64,000 nt of DNA from Gemmatimonadota bacterium (GTDB lineage Bacteria; Gemmatimonadota; Gemmatimonadetes; Gemmatimonadales; GWC2-71-9): NCBI GenBank assembly GCA_036679645.1, contig JAZDCY010000013.1, positions 32,001-96,000 on the forward strand, given 5' to 3'. How positions within the stretch are numbered: position 1 is the stretch's first letter; every line of letters begins with the position of its first letter. The translations under genes were made by a program, and so were the position numbers. The notes beneath the pieces are model-generated. The model had not been told where the DNA came from and did no database searches. It was given only the letters and a program-made list of their open reading frames with translations. Shown piece after piece: positions 30,214 to 39,398 of this stretch.

Positions 30214-32118
30214 GTGGGGCGCTCAGTCCTCCTCTCGGCGCTCGCGCTTGGCGTGGTCGCATGCGGTGACGGCATCAACGACGCGCCCCCGCGAGAGGAC
30301 GTCGAGGTTGCCATCGACCTCAGCCAGATTCCCAACGTGACGACCCTCATCGTCGAGGTCGAGGCGGCGGATATTTCCGCGCCGCTCGTCTTCGACCTCA
30401 CGGTGCGTAGCGGCACCGCGACGGGCACCATCGCCGTGCCCGTCGGACGCGACCGCACCATCACCGTCCGCGCCTTTGATGCCGACGGCCGCGAGACCCA
30501 CCGCGGGAGCGCCACGGTCGACGTTATCGCCGGCACGACACCCCTCGTTACCATCCCGCTCACTCCTCTCGCCGGTGGGCCGATCGACTTCGACACCGTC
30601 ACCATCGTTATCGTCCCAGAGGACGGCACGCTTCTCATCGGCGAATCGCTGCAACTTGGGGGAGCCGTGTTGACGATATCGGGCGACACGTTGTCCGACC
30701 CCCTCATCTGGTCTACGCCAGACTCTGCCGTGGCGGTCGTCGATACCGCAGGAATCGTGACCGGCGTGGGCCCGGGGGACGCGCGTATCTTCGCGACGTT
30801 CGGCGAGAAGACGAGTACCGCGAACATCAGGGTCATGAACGCGGTCGCGACTGTCTCACCGACCGGCAACGCCCTCGTGTTCGGACTTCAGGTCGATGTG
30901 ATACCTGAGGCGGCTATAGCAGTCGAGTACTGGACCGGAACCGAACCTCACCTCACCGTCGAGAGCCCCTCGGCAACCAGTCACCCACTGTTGCTCGCAC
31001 GCCTGCTGTCGAGCACGACATACGAGTACGCCGTGACCCTCACGGCGGGGACACGCGGTTCGCCAACGTTACTGACGGGGACGTTTACGACCGACACGCT
31101 GCCGGACGACCTCGAGGCGGTAAGGCTGACCTCGACCGGCGCATCGACCGCACAATTGGTGATGTTGGAACTGCGTATCCCCACGTTTCAGGGATTTGTC
31201 GCGGTCGATGCCATCGGCCGAGTGGTATGGTATCATCGAACCGGCGGCTCGTCTTGGGGCTGGACCAGGCGGGCGAACGGAAACTTCGTCTTTCTCGACA
31301 CGCGCGATGGACTCACCGAGGTGACGCCGACCGGCGACGTCGTGGCGAACCTCACACGCGCCGGTGGGGAGGTGATCCATCACGACGTGATCGCCACGCC
31401 GGACAACACGCTCTACTTCATGACACGCCATTCGCAGGTCGCCGACGATGGCAAGACGTGGGTGGGGGAACGGATCTGGGAGTGGAACCCCGACTCCGGA
31501 GACCTCGAGATACGATGGAACGCGTTCGATTTTTTTTCGCCAGTGACCGATGCCGGGCCGTTGAGCAAACTCTCCGACTGGCTCCACGCCAACTCGCTGA
31601 ACATCGGTGCATCGGGTAACGTGCTCGTATCCAGCCCGTTTCTGAATCAAGTGATTGCACTCACGCCCGATTTCTCGACCATTGCATGGCGGCTGGGTGG
31701 GCCCAATGCGACATTCGTTCCCGATTCCCTCGCCACCTTTGCCTTTCAGCACTCGGCCTCCGAGGTAGCACCGGGACGGGTGCTCCTGTTCGACAATCGC
31801 GGCGGCCCCACCACCGCAGCGCCCTACTCACGCGCGCTCGAGTTGTCGCTCGGGCGCGGCATAGCCCAAGCGGGGTGGTCGTTTCGCGCACCGAACGACA
31901 ACTACGCAGCGATCATCAGCTCGGCGCGCCGGATGGCCAACGGTCACACGATGGTCGCCTTTGGACCCGGCCCTGGCTTGCGCGGGTCGATAGGCCCAAT
32001 CGAGGTCTACGAGGTCATGCGTGATGGGACGATCCAGTGGCATCTGGTCGTGACCGGTCCCAACCACATGTACCGGGCGACGCCGTTCGATGATATTGCG
32101 GGAGAACGAGAGAAGTAG
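30214..32118 (+). CDS. Lipoprotein with Ig-like domains and aryl-sulfate sulfotransferase (ASST) domain
   Basis: Lipobox VVAC; Big_2-like WST...VAVVD..G.VTGV; ASST motifs HHD, DWLHANSL, QH, FDN, YRA. Confidence 0.82.
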   Translation: MGRSVLLSALALGVVACGDGINDAPPREDVEVAIDLSQIPNVTTLIVEVEAADISAPLVFDLTVRSGTATGTIAVPVGRDRTITVRAFDADGRETHRGSATVDVIAGTTPLVTIPLTPLAGGPIDFDTVTIVIVPEDGTLLIGESLQLGGAVLTISGDTLSDPLIWSTPDSAVAVVDTAGIVTGVGPGDARIFATFGEKTSTANIRVMNAVATVSPTGNALVFGLQVDVIPEAAIAVEYWTGTEPHLTVESPSATSHPLLLARLLSSTTYEYAVTLTAGTRGSPTLLTGTFTTDTLPDDLEAVRLTSTGASTAQLVMLELRIPTFQGFVAVDAIGRVVWYHRTGGSSWGWTRRANGNFVFLDTRDGLTEVTPTGDVVANLTRAGGEVIHHDVIATPDNTLYFMTRHSQVADDGKTWVGERIWEWNPDSGDLEIRWNAFDFFSPVTDAGPLSKLSDWLHANSLNIGASGNVLVSSPFLNQVIALTPDFSTIAWRLGGPNATFVPDSLATFAFQHSASEVAPGRVLLFDNRGGPTTAAPYSRALELSLGRGIAQAGWSFRAPNDNYAAIISSARRMANGHTMVAFGPGPGLRGSIGPIEVYEVMRDGTIQWHLVVTGPNHMYRATPFDDIAGEREK

Positions 32119-32220
32119 AGCGGATCGATTACTTGATGTGATTGGTGGTTTGGTGGACGGTGACCTCGCGCGCGCATGATGAGACCACGGTCGTCGCTAG
32201 GGTAGACTCGGTGCTCACGA

Positions 32221-32240
32221 GGCGCCAGCGCGCTGGCGCC
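32221..32240. repeat. Perfect 20-bp palindrome
   Basis: GGCGCCAGCGCGCTGGCGCC in the intergenic region upstream of the VPS10 gene. Confidence 0.8.
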
Positions 32241-32303
32241 GACCGCGCGAGCGGACTAGCTTAGCGCGCCAACTCATCTCGTGGTACGCACCCACCCCGT
32301 TCG

Positions 32304-35300
32304 ATGGAGGTTGTCTCCGTGAGCCGCGCGCCCTGCCTCTGGAAGCCTTGGACCACGAGCGTGATTGGGGTCGCACTCCTGGTCGTCGCCGTGAGCGCTA
32401 CCGCGCAGCAGATAGACACGACCGCCTACGCCGGTCTGCAATACCGCTTCATAGGTCCGCCTGGCAATCGCGTGAGCGCGGTGGCGGGTGAACCGGGGAA
32501 CGCAATGGTCGCGTATGTCGGCGCGGCGTCCGGAGGTGTGTTCAAGACCGACAATGGCGGCGTGAGCTGGCGGCCGGTCTTTGACGATCAGCCCGCCCAA
32601 TCCATTGGCGCGTTGGCGGTATCGCTCTCGGAGCCGAACGTCGTGTGGGCCGGTACGGGTGAGACCTTCGTCATTCGATCGATGACGACCATTGGGAACG
32701 GCATCTACAGGTCGACCGATGCCGGGCAGACATGGACGCACATGGGCCTCGAGCACAGCGGCCGGATCGGTCGCATCGTGATCCACCCCACCAACGCGGA
32801 CATCGTCTTCGCCTGCGCGATGGGACACTCATTCGGGCCACAGGAGGAGCGCGGCATCTTCAAGACGACCGATGGCGGGACGACCTGGGAACGCGCGTTG
32901 TTCGTCGATGCGAACACGGGATGCGCCGACATCGCGATGGACCCCAACAATCCGCGCGTGCTCTTTGCCGGGATGTGGCAGCTCGAGATCAATACGTGGA
33001 ACCTGAACAGCGGCGGTCCCGGCAGTGGCGTCTACGTCTCACGCGACGGCGGCGGGACGTGGGAGCGGTTGGCCGGGCACGGCCTGCCGGCAGCGGATCA
33101 CCCGGTGGGGAAGATCGCGGTGGCGGTCGCTGCGAGTAACTCGAACCGCGTCTATGCGCTGATCGAGGACTCGGATCCCGCGTTTTACCGCTCAGACGAC
33201 GGCGGTCGGACGTGGCGGCTCGTGAGCCACAATCACACCATGGCCGAGCGTGCGCCGTATTACGTACGCTTCGCCGTGGATCCGGATGACGAGAACCGGA
33301 TCTACTTCGCATCCGTACGATTCAGCCTGTCACGCGACGGCGGGAAGACACTTGCTGACGACCCGCCCCGGGGTGGAGGCGACAACCATGACCTATGGAT
33401 CGATCCCACCAACGGTGACCGGTTCATGGTGGGTCATGATGGCGGCGCGAGCATCACGCTCGACCACGGCCGGTCGTTCCAGCGCGTTGTCCTGCCGATT
33501 GCCCAGATGTACCATGCCCACCCCGACACCAAGATCCCGTACGACGTCTATGGCAACCGACAGGACAACGGGTCGTACGTGATGCCGAGCAACAGCCGCG
33601 CGCGTGGCATTCCGCCCGGGTTATGGCACTCGGTGGGTGGGTGCGAGAGCGGTTTCGGTTTGCCAGATACGGTCACCAACAACATCGTCTGGTCCGGCTG
33701 CTACGACGGCGGGCTTCAAGTCTACGATGCCACGACCGGACAGGCTCGCGACGTGCGCATATGGCCTGAGGGAGGATACGGCTGGCCGCCGGTGGACGTG
33801 CGGTACCGCTGGAATTGGACGTTCCCCCTCGCGATCTCGCCGCACGACCACAACAAGGTGTACGCTGGCAGCCAGGTCGTGCACATGACCACCGACGGCG
33901 GGAGCAGCTGGACGGTGATCAGTCCCGACCTCACGCGGAACGACACCACCCATCAACAGACCTCGGGCGGGGTCGGCGTCGATAACCTGATGACCTTCGA
34001 CGGCGCCACGTTGCTCGCCATCGCAGAATCACCGCTGGAAGAGGGACTCCTCTGGGTAGGCAGTAACGATGGGTTGGTGCAACTTACGCGGGATGGCGGT
34101 GAGACGTGGACCAACGTCACGTCGAACATCCGCCATCTTCCGGGGTGGGGGAAGATCAAGAACATCGAGCCGTCCCATTTCGATCCGGGCGCCGCGTACG
34201 TGGCCGTCGATTTCCACGAGATGGCCGACTTCGAGCCCTATATCTACAAGACGGAGGACTACGGCAGAAGCTGGCGCCGCATCGATGCCGGACTGCCACG
34301 GCATCCACTGGGTTTTGTGCACGTCGTGACGGAAGACCCCACACGACGCGGAATGCTGTATGCGGGGACCGAAAGCGATCTCTACTTCACGCTGGACGAG
34401 GGAGCACACTGGCAGCCGCTGCAGTTGAACCTGCCACACGCACCGGTGTCCTGGATCGCCGTGCAAGCGCATTTCCGCGATCTCGTCGTAAGCACGTACG
34501 GCCGCGGTGTATACATCCTGGACGATCTGACACCGCTTCGAGCATTGGCAACGGAGGTAATGGAGACACCAGTAACGTTCTTTACGCCGCGTGATGCCTA
34601 CCGCTTCCGCCGGGTACACGGTACCGCGAGCACAGGTGGATTCGTTCGCGGCCAGAATCCGCGTTACGGTGCTGACTTGAACTACTACTTGCAGGATTCG
34701 ACGGTCACCGACAAGGTCGAGCTCACGGTGCTCGACGCAGCGGGTGATACGATCCGCACGTTCGATGGTACGACTAAGGCGGGGATCAACCGCGTGTGGT
34801 GGGACCTGCGCTACGAGCCGGCACGAAGAGCCGTGCTGCGGACACGACCCCCGGACGCCTCCTGGGTGCATCTCGACGATGATGGTACGCGACGACTCGT
34901 GAGTTGGGACCTGGACCTCTCCCAACGGGGGCCGTTAGCACCTCCCGGCACCTACACCGTACTACTCGACGTTGAGGACACGACATTCAGCCAGCCACTC
35001 ACGGTGCTCAAGGATCCGCACTCCACCGGTACCTTGGACGACATAGATGCCCAGATAATCTTGGCCCTCGAGCTACGCGACGATCTCGACACGACAGTCG
35101 CAATGATCAACCGGACGGAGTGGGTACGGAAACAACTGGGTGACCTGGTCACGCAACTCGAGAGTGATCCCGCCCGGGCGGGCGACGAGACAGACTCCTT
35201 GGTGGAAGCGGCGCACGCATTGGACGAGGCCGTGATCGCGGTGCAAGGGCAACTGTTCGACGTACATCTTACCGGTGCCAGGGAAGACTCCTTCCGCAAC

Positions 35301-35528
35301 CCAATGCGGCTATTCGGACACCTCTCGGCGTTGCTGAGTGATGTTGCGGAAAGCAGCGCAGACTTCGCGCCGACGTCACAACAGCGCGAAGTACATGACG
35401 TGCTGCGAGCGCGGCTGATGGACGCCGCGGCGGCGTACACACGTTTGCTTCAACGGGACGTTGCGGCGTTCAAGGAGCGACTCCGGGTAGCAGATCTGGC
35501 GGACGTCATCTCCATGCGCTACCGGTGA
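32304..35528 (+). CDS. VPS10/BNR-repeat (sortilin-like) secreted glycosyl hydrolase-like protein
   Basis: YRFIGP..NRV, many S/T-x-D-x-G-x-T/S-W Asp-boxes, GNRQDNG, RWNW.FP, ISPDLT. Confidence 0.9.
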   Translation: MEVVSVSRAPCLWKPWTTSVIGVALLVVAVSATAQQIDTTAYAGLQYRFIGPPGNRVSAVAGEPGNAMVAYVGAASGGVFKTDNGGVSWRPVFDDQPAQSIGALAVSLSEPNVVWAGTGETFVIRSMTTIGNGIYRSTDAGQTWTHMGLEHSGRIGRIVIHPTNADIVFACAMGHSFGPQEERGIFKTTDGGTTWERALFVDANTGCADIAMDPNNPRVLFAGMWQLEINTWNLNSGGPGSGVYVSRDGGGTWERLAGHGLPAADHPVGKIAVAVAASNSNRVYALIEDSDPAFYRSDDGGRTWRLVSHNHTMAERAPYYVRFAVDPDDENRIYFASVRFSLSRDGGKTLADDPPRGGGDNHDLWIDPTNGDRFMVGHDGGASITLDHGRSFQRVVLPIAQMYHAHPDTKIPYDVYGNRQDNGSYVMPSNSRARGIPPGLWHSVGGCESGFGLPDTVTNNIVWSGCYDGGLQVYDATTGQARDVRIWPEGGYGWPPVDVRYRWNWTFPLAISPHDHNKVYAGSQVVHMTTDGGSSWTVISPDLTRNDTTHQQTSGGVGVDNLMTFDGATLLAIAESPLEEGLLWVGSNDGLVQLTRDGGETWTNVTSNIRHLPGWGKIKNIEPSHFDPGAAYVAVDFHEMADFEPYIYKTEDYGRSWRRIDAGLPRHPLGFVHVVTEDPTRRGMLYAGTESDLYFTLDEGAHWQPLQLNLPHAPVSWIAVQAHFRDLVVSTYGRGVYILDDLTPLRALATEVMETPVTFFTPRDAYRFRRVHGTASTGGFVRGQNPRYGADLNYYLQDSTVTDKVELTVLDAAGDTIRTFDGTTKAGINRVWWDLRYEPARRAVLRTRPPDASWVHLDDDGTRRLVSWDLDLSQRGPLAPPGTYTVLLDVEDTTFSQPLTVLKDPHSTGTLDDIDAQIILALELRDDLDTTVAMINRTEWVRKQLGDLVTQLESDPARAGDETDSLVEAAHALDEAVIAVQGQLFDVHLTGAREDSFRNPMRLFGHLSALLSDVAESSADFAPTSQQREVHDVLRARLMDAAAAYTRLLQRDVAAFKERLRVADLADVISMRYR

Positions 35529-35530
35529 CG

Positions 35531-37222
35531 CTATTGGTTGGCTGACTCGCAGAAGGTGGGTGGCTCGTATGTCCAGCCGCGACGTAGCCGACGCTCCTCA
35601 CGGCGCATCTTGAACCGCACGTACCGTCCGGCGACGGAGCTGGCAATTCTCGCGCGGAGACCGAATTCCCGCTGAAGCTCCTTCAAGATGCCGCCAATCT
35701 TCTGTTTGAGCTGTGGATCGTGACGAAACCGCTTCTTCGCCGCCCAGAGCAGTGCGGCCATGCCCCCGGGCAGATCACGGGCCTCCCACCGAATCCGACT
35801 CCTGATGCGCAAGTCGGGATGAAACTTGTAGCGCTTCCATCCTTGCAGCATTGTCCGCGCCACCCGCACGATGCTTGGACCGTTGATCGCGAAGTCCTTG
35901 TTGAAGGCTTTCAGCAGGAAGGATTCCTCCTCGCCGGGTTCGAAGTGAGGATGTTTGTGCGCGAATCGATGCTGTCCGTGTCGATCGGCATCTGGACACT
36001 CGTCCCGATCGAGCAACGTGCCGTTACGCATGTGCTCCTCGTAGAGCGGCGTCCCCGCAACCGGCGTGTACAGCATGAACTGATGGAACTCCGTATCGTG
36101 ACTCACCGCGTAGTCGATCACGGCGTCCATGTTTTCCGGCGTGTGATCCTCGAGACCGATGATCGTCGATCCCAACACGCGAACGCCGTGCGACTGAAGC
36201 GTGCGTACCAGCTCGTGCGTGTCTGTGCCGCTGAGCTTGCGGTAGGAGGCGTGTTCCCCCTCGAGTCCCAACCAGACCCACGAGACGCCCAAGGCAACGA
36301 GCTGCTCGATCGTGTACTGGCGCAGAACATTGGCAGAACTGAACACGTACAGCGCCCAGGGTTTGTCGTGCTCGACCATCAGTTCCAGCAACCGGAGCGC
36401 TCGTTTCTTGTGTAAGAGGAAGTTCTCGTCCATCACGAAGAACGACTTGACCTGGAGCGCGTCCGCCAGCTCGCACATCACCTCGAACAGCTCGTCTCCC
36501 GTCTCGTAGAAGTGGACGAACTTGCCCTTCCCGCCAAACATCGCCGAGGTTGCACAGAAGTTGCAGCCTATGGGACACCCAACCGACGGAATCAGCGTGG
36601 CCGCCGTGTCGCCGGGCTTCCCCGACAGCGTGATGCCCATCACCCGCCCCCCGATCCCCGACCGGATGTGCGGGTGGTGTATGGGCCGGTGCTCGTCCTC
36701 ACCGAGGAAACGACGCATCCAGCGCACCCCCTCCCCCGTCACGATATGGTCCGCATCGATCTCGTCGGCGAGGTTGGGAATATTCGCCACGTGGCCGCCC
36801 ACCACGATCGTGGCCTCCGGAAGGTGCTCGCGCACCAGCTCGCACATCTTCCGTACCTTACCCACGTTCGGCTGGATCGCCGAGATCCCCACGATGTCGT
36901 ACCGCTTGGTGCTGATCTCGTGGACGAACCGATCCAGCGAAGGGAAGTCGAGCAACGTGGACGGGGCCTCGAGGTTGGCCTGAATCAGCATCAAGCCCCA
37001 GGACCGGTGAAACATCCGCAGCGAGAACGCGCCCTGCACGCGCGAAACCTGATTGTGATACAACTCCATCGGGTTCACGGCCCTGCTGCCGTATGCATCG
37101 TCCTGGGCGTACGGGCCAAACACGCTGGTCAGGAGTACACGGGGACGCCCGTTGCTGATGTCTGAGGCTGACAAACTGTGTGCGTGCCTTTCTTCTTCGG
37201 CGCATCTTCCGGTAACAGGCAC
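35531..37222 (-). CDS. Cobalamin-binding radical SAM protein
   Basis: N-terminal B12-binding-like domain (IVGIS...IVVGGH), GCPIGCNFC, DENF, TP..GTPLY. Confidence 0.88.
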   Translation of the reverse strand: MPVTGRCAEEERHAHSLSASDISNGRPRVLLTSVFGPYAQDDAYGSRAVNPMELYHNQVSRVQGAFSLRMFHRSWGLMLIQANLEAPSTLLDFPSLDRFVHEISTKRYDIVGISAIQPNVGKVRKMCELVREHLPEATIVVGGHVANIPNLADEIDADHIVTGEGVRWMRRFLGEDEHRPIHHPHIRSGIGGRVMGITLSGKPGDTAATLIPSVGCPIGCNFCATSAMFGGKGKFVHFYETGDELFEVMCELADALQVKSFFVMDENFLLHKKRALRLLELMVEHDKPWALYVFSSANVLRQYTIEQLVALGVSWVWLGLEGEHASYRKLSGTDTHELVRTLQSHGVRVLGSTIIGLEDHTPENMDAVIDYAVSHDTEFHQFMLYTPVAGTPLYEEHMRNGTLLDRDECPDADRHGQHRFAHKHPHFEPGEEESFLLKAFNKDFAINGPSIVRVARTMLQGWKRYKFHPDLRIRSRIRWEARDLPGGMAALLWAAKKRFRHDPQLKQKIGGILKELQREFGLRARIASSVAGRYVRFKMRREERRLRRGWTYEPPTFCESANQ

Positions 37223-37687
37223 TCAGTACGCAGCGCCACTGATGTAGTCCTTCAACAGCCGATTCTCATAGTTCGACTGTTCCACAAAAGCGCTCACGAC
37301 GTCGCCGATCGAGATGATGCCGGCGAGCTTGCCCGCATCCATTACCGGGAGATGCCTGATCCGGTTCTTCGTCATGACACCCATGACGTATGAGAGGTCG
37401 TCGTCGGGGACGCCAATGATGAGATCCTTGCTCATAGCCTCTTCCACCTTGGACGGGCAACCCCGCTCGTCGGCCGGACCGCTGGCCAGCCGGCTGCACC
37501 GCTCTCCGCATTCCCGCAAGACATCACGCTCGGTGATGATCCCCACGGGCTCGCCTGTCCCAGAAACGACCACCAACGCCCCAATACGCTTCTGGTTCAG
37601 CCGGCCGATGGCCGCGTATACGGTATCGTGTGGCCTGATCGTGAATACCGCCCTACCCTTCCGCTCGAGGATGCTGCTGATCCTCAT
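37223..37687 (-). CDS. CBS-pair protein
   Basis: IGALVV...GIITERD, RIRHLPV...GIISIGDVV. Confidence 0.92.
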   Translation of the reverse strand: MRISSILERKGRAVFTIRPHDTVYAAIGRLNQKRIGALVVVSGTGEPVGIITERDVLRECGERCSRLASGPADERGCPSKVEEAMSKDLIIGVPDDDLSYVMGVMTKNRIRHLPVMDAGKLAGIISIGDVVSAFVEQSNYENRLLKDYISGAAY

Positions 37688-37779
37688 CGTACCCTCCTGA
37701 ACGGACATCGCAGTTGGCTACGCGCGTGCGCGTGCCAGCTCTGCCCTTTTTCTCTACGAAGGAGGCCTAAGCCAAAGCC

Positions 37780-37819
37780 GTGAAGTACGTGTGAAGTTTT
37801 TCTGAAGATTTTGTGAAGC
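37780..37819 (-). promoter_or_regulatory. Four direct repeats at 11-bp period (PHO-box/OmpR-type site candidate)
   Basis: TGAAG at 37781, 37792, 37803 and 37814; minus strand reads CTTCACA-aaat-CTTCAGA-aaaa-CTTCACA-cgta-CTTCACG. Confidence 0.6.
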
Positions 37820-37854
37820 TCGCACCGGCCGGCGCGCCGGGTCCGCAGATCGGA

Positions 37855-39102
37855 TCAGGGCAGCTCTGTCACAGCGTGATCGGCCATGGCGGGCTCCGGG
37901 ATCATCTGTTTCATCGGCACGGTTCGTGTGAACTGGCCGAAGTGGATGCACTCCTCGAGGCGACACGACCAGGCGAGGTCTCCATTCCAGACCGTCATGT
38001 CGGGACATCCGTCGCACATGTCCTGGCGGCCATCGACGAGCACGTCGACAGGCGAGATGATCGTTATCGACTGGAAGCGCAGGCGACGAAACCACGTGGC
38101 TGGCGACCGCAATACGCGGCCGGCGATCCGGCGAATGCCTCGGTCGAACGGCCAAAGCCATAACATGGACCGTCCGCGACGGTGCACCGCTGGTGGCGCG
38201 TACGCCATGTATCGTCCCGTCGTAAGATGGTGCCATACCTGCGCCAGCTCCATCATCTTCCGTCCCACATAACCGTAGATCCGCTTGCGCGTGCCGATAC
38301 GCCCGGCCAGGAGCCACTTGAACGAGTCCGCGCGTTCCGTGCCGTTCAGATAGGCACATGGCGTGAAGTCGGAGAATCGCTCACGAATCTTGGCCACCAC
38401 GTCAGGAGCGGAGATGTCAATGCGCTGGCCGGTGCGCTCGTACGTTAGCGGTGCCATGTCAACCTTACGCCCCCCGGCGTAGTACTCGAACTCGTTGGGC
38501 TGGGCCGGTTCACGGTAGCAGATGAATACCATCACGTGGACGATGTCGATGTGCTCTTGCGCCCACGCAACTAGATCCGGGACGGCGTCGAGCGTGTCCT
38601 CGTAGACCGTGGCGTTGAACGAACACGTGAGCCCTCCCACGCGCGCGACCATCTCGGCGTAGTGCAGGCGAAGCGCGTTGTGCTCCTGCTCGGTCTTGTC
38701 CTTCCAATGGGGGCGGTGTTGCTTGCTATCGATGTGAAACGTCAGGCCGAACAGCCCTTCACGCTTCAGCTCTTCCAACAGGTCCTCGGTCAGCGCGAGC
38801 CCATTTGTATTGAGGACTGGTTTCCAGCCACGCTGGGCAACCATACGGACGATGTCGGTGATCTGCGGATGTGTCAGCGGGTCTCCCCCGGCGATCGAGA
38901 TCCCGTCGGTATTGCGATACCGTGTGAAGACATCGAGATCCGCCGCAACACCCGCCAGAGACTTGTGCTCGCTAACGTTCGCCCGGTAACACCCTTCGCA
39001 CGCCAGATTGCACTTCCTTGTGGGCTCGAGCCACGCAATGGCGTTGTCCGGTAGGGTCCACGGGAGCCGATACAATTGACGGTGATCGAGCGCGACGGTC
39101 AT
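37855..39102 (-). CDS. Radical SAM protein with C-terminal Cys cluster
   Basis: CNLACEGC, GGDPLTHP, NTNG; C-terminal CDGCPD...SCRLEEC; GGAGG RBS before ATG 39102. Confidence 0.9.
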   Translation of the reverse strand: MTVALDHRQLYRLPWTLPDNAIAWLEPTRKCNLACEGCYRANVSEHKSLAGVAADLDVFTRYRNTDGISIAGGDPLTHPQITDIVRMVAQRGWKPVLNTNGLALTEDLLEELKREGLFGLTFHIDSKQHRPHWKDKTEQEHNALRLHYAEMVARVGGLTCSFNATVYEDTLDAVPDLVAWAQEHIDIVHVMVFICYREPAQPNEFEYYAGGRKVDMAPLTYERTGQRIDISAPDVVAKIRERFSDFTPCAYLNGTERADSFKWLLAGRIGTRKRIYGYVGRKMMELAQVWHHLTTGRYMAYAPPAVHRRGRSMLWLWPFDRGIRRIAGRVLRSPATWFRRLRFQSITIISPVDVLVDGRQDMCDGCPDMTVWNGDLAWSCRLEECIHFGQFTRTVPMKQMIPEPAMADHAVTELP

Positions 39103-39315
39103 TGGACGTCCTCCAAAGGCGATCGCTCGTATCCTCGCGAGCAATGCCTCGTCAAGAGCGGCGCCGGATGCCGATAGTTTCCGTCGTGATTCGCAAACGG
39201 AACAGCACGCCGACGAAACGTCACCTAATAGCTGTGGAACGCACCGCACGGGCAAGATCGTTCCCGACGAAAGACGATTCTTGTTGTCGTGTTTTAGACT
39301 TACGCAGGAACTCGC

Positions 39316-39389
39316 ACAACGGCCCGCGTCGATGCGACGCGAGCCCGTTGTAAACCTACACCCGCCGCGTTCTCACCTCAGGCGGCGGG
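39316..39389 (-). terminator. Two hairpins downstream of the Met-rich lipoprotein gene
   Basis: CCCGCCGC...GCGGCGGG (39361-39389) and ACAACGG..CGCGTCG/CGACGCG..CCGTTGT (39316-39351). Confidence 0.45.
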
Positions 39390-39398
39390 TTACGGATC

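Noticed and set aside
37720..37740. Sigma54 promoter (TGGCAC on the minus strand)
   Set aside because: The -12 TTGC element is absent at the required spacing.
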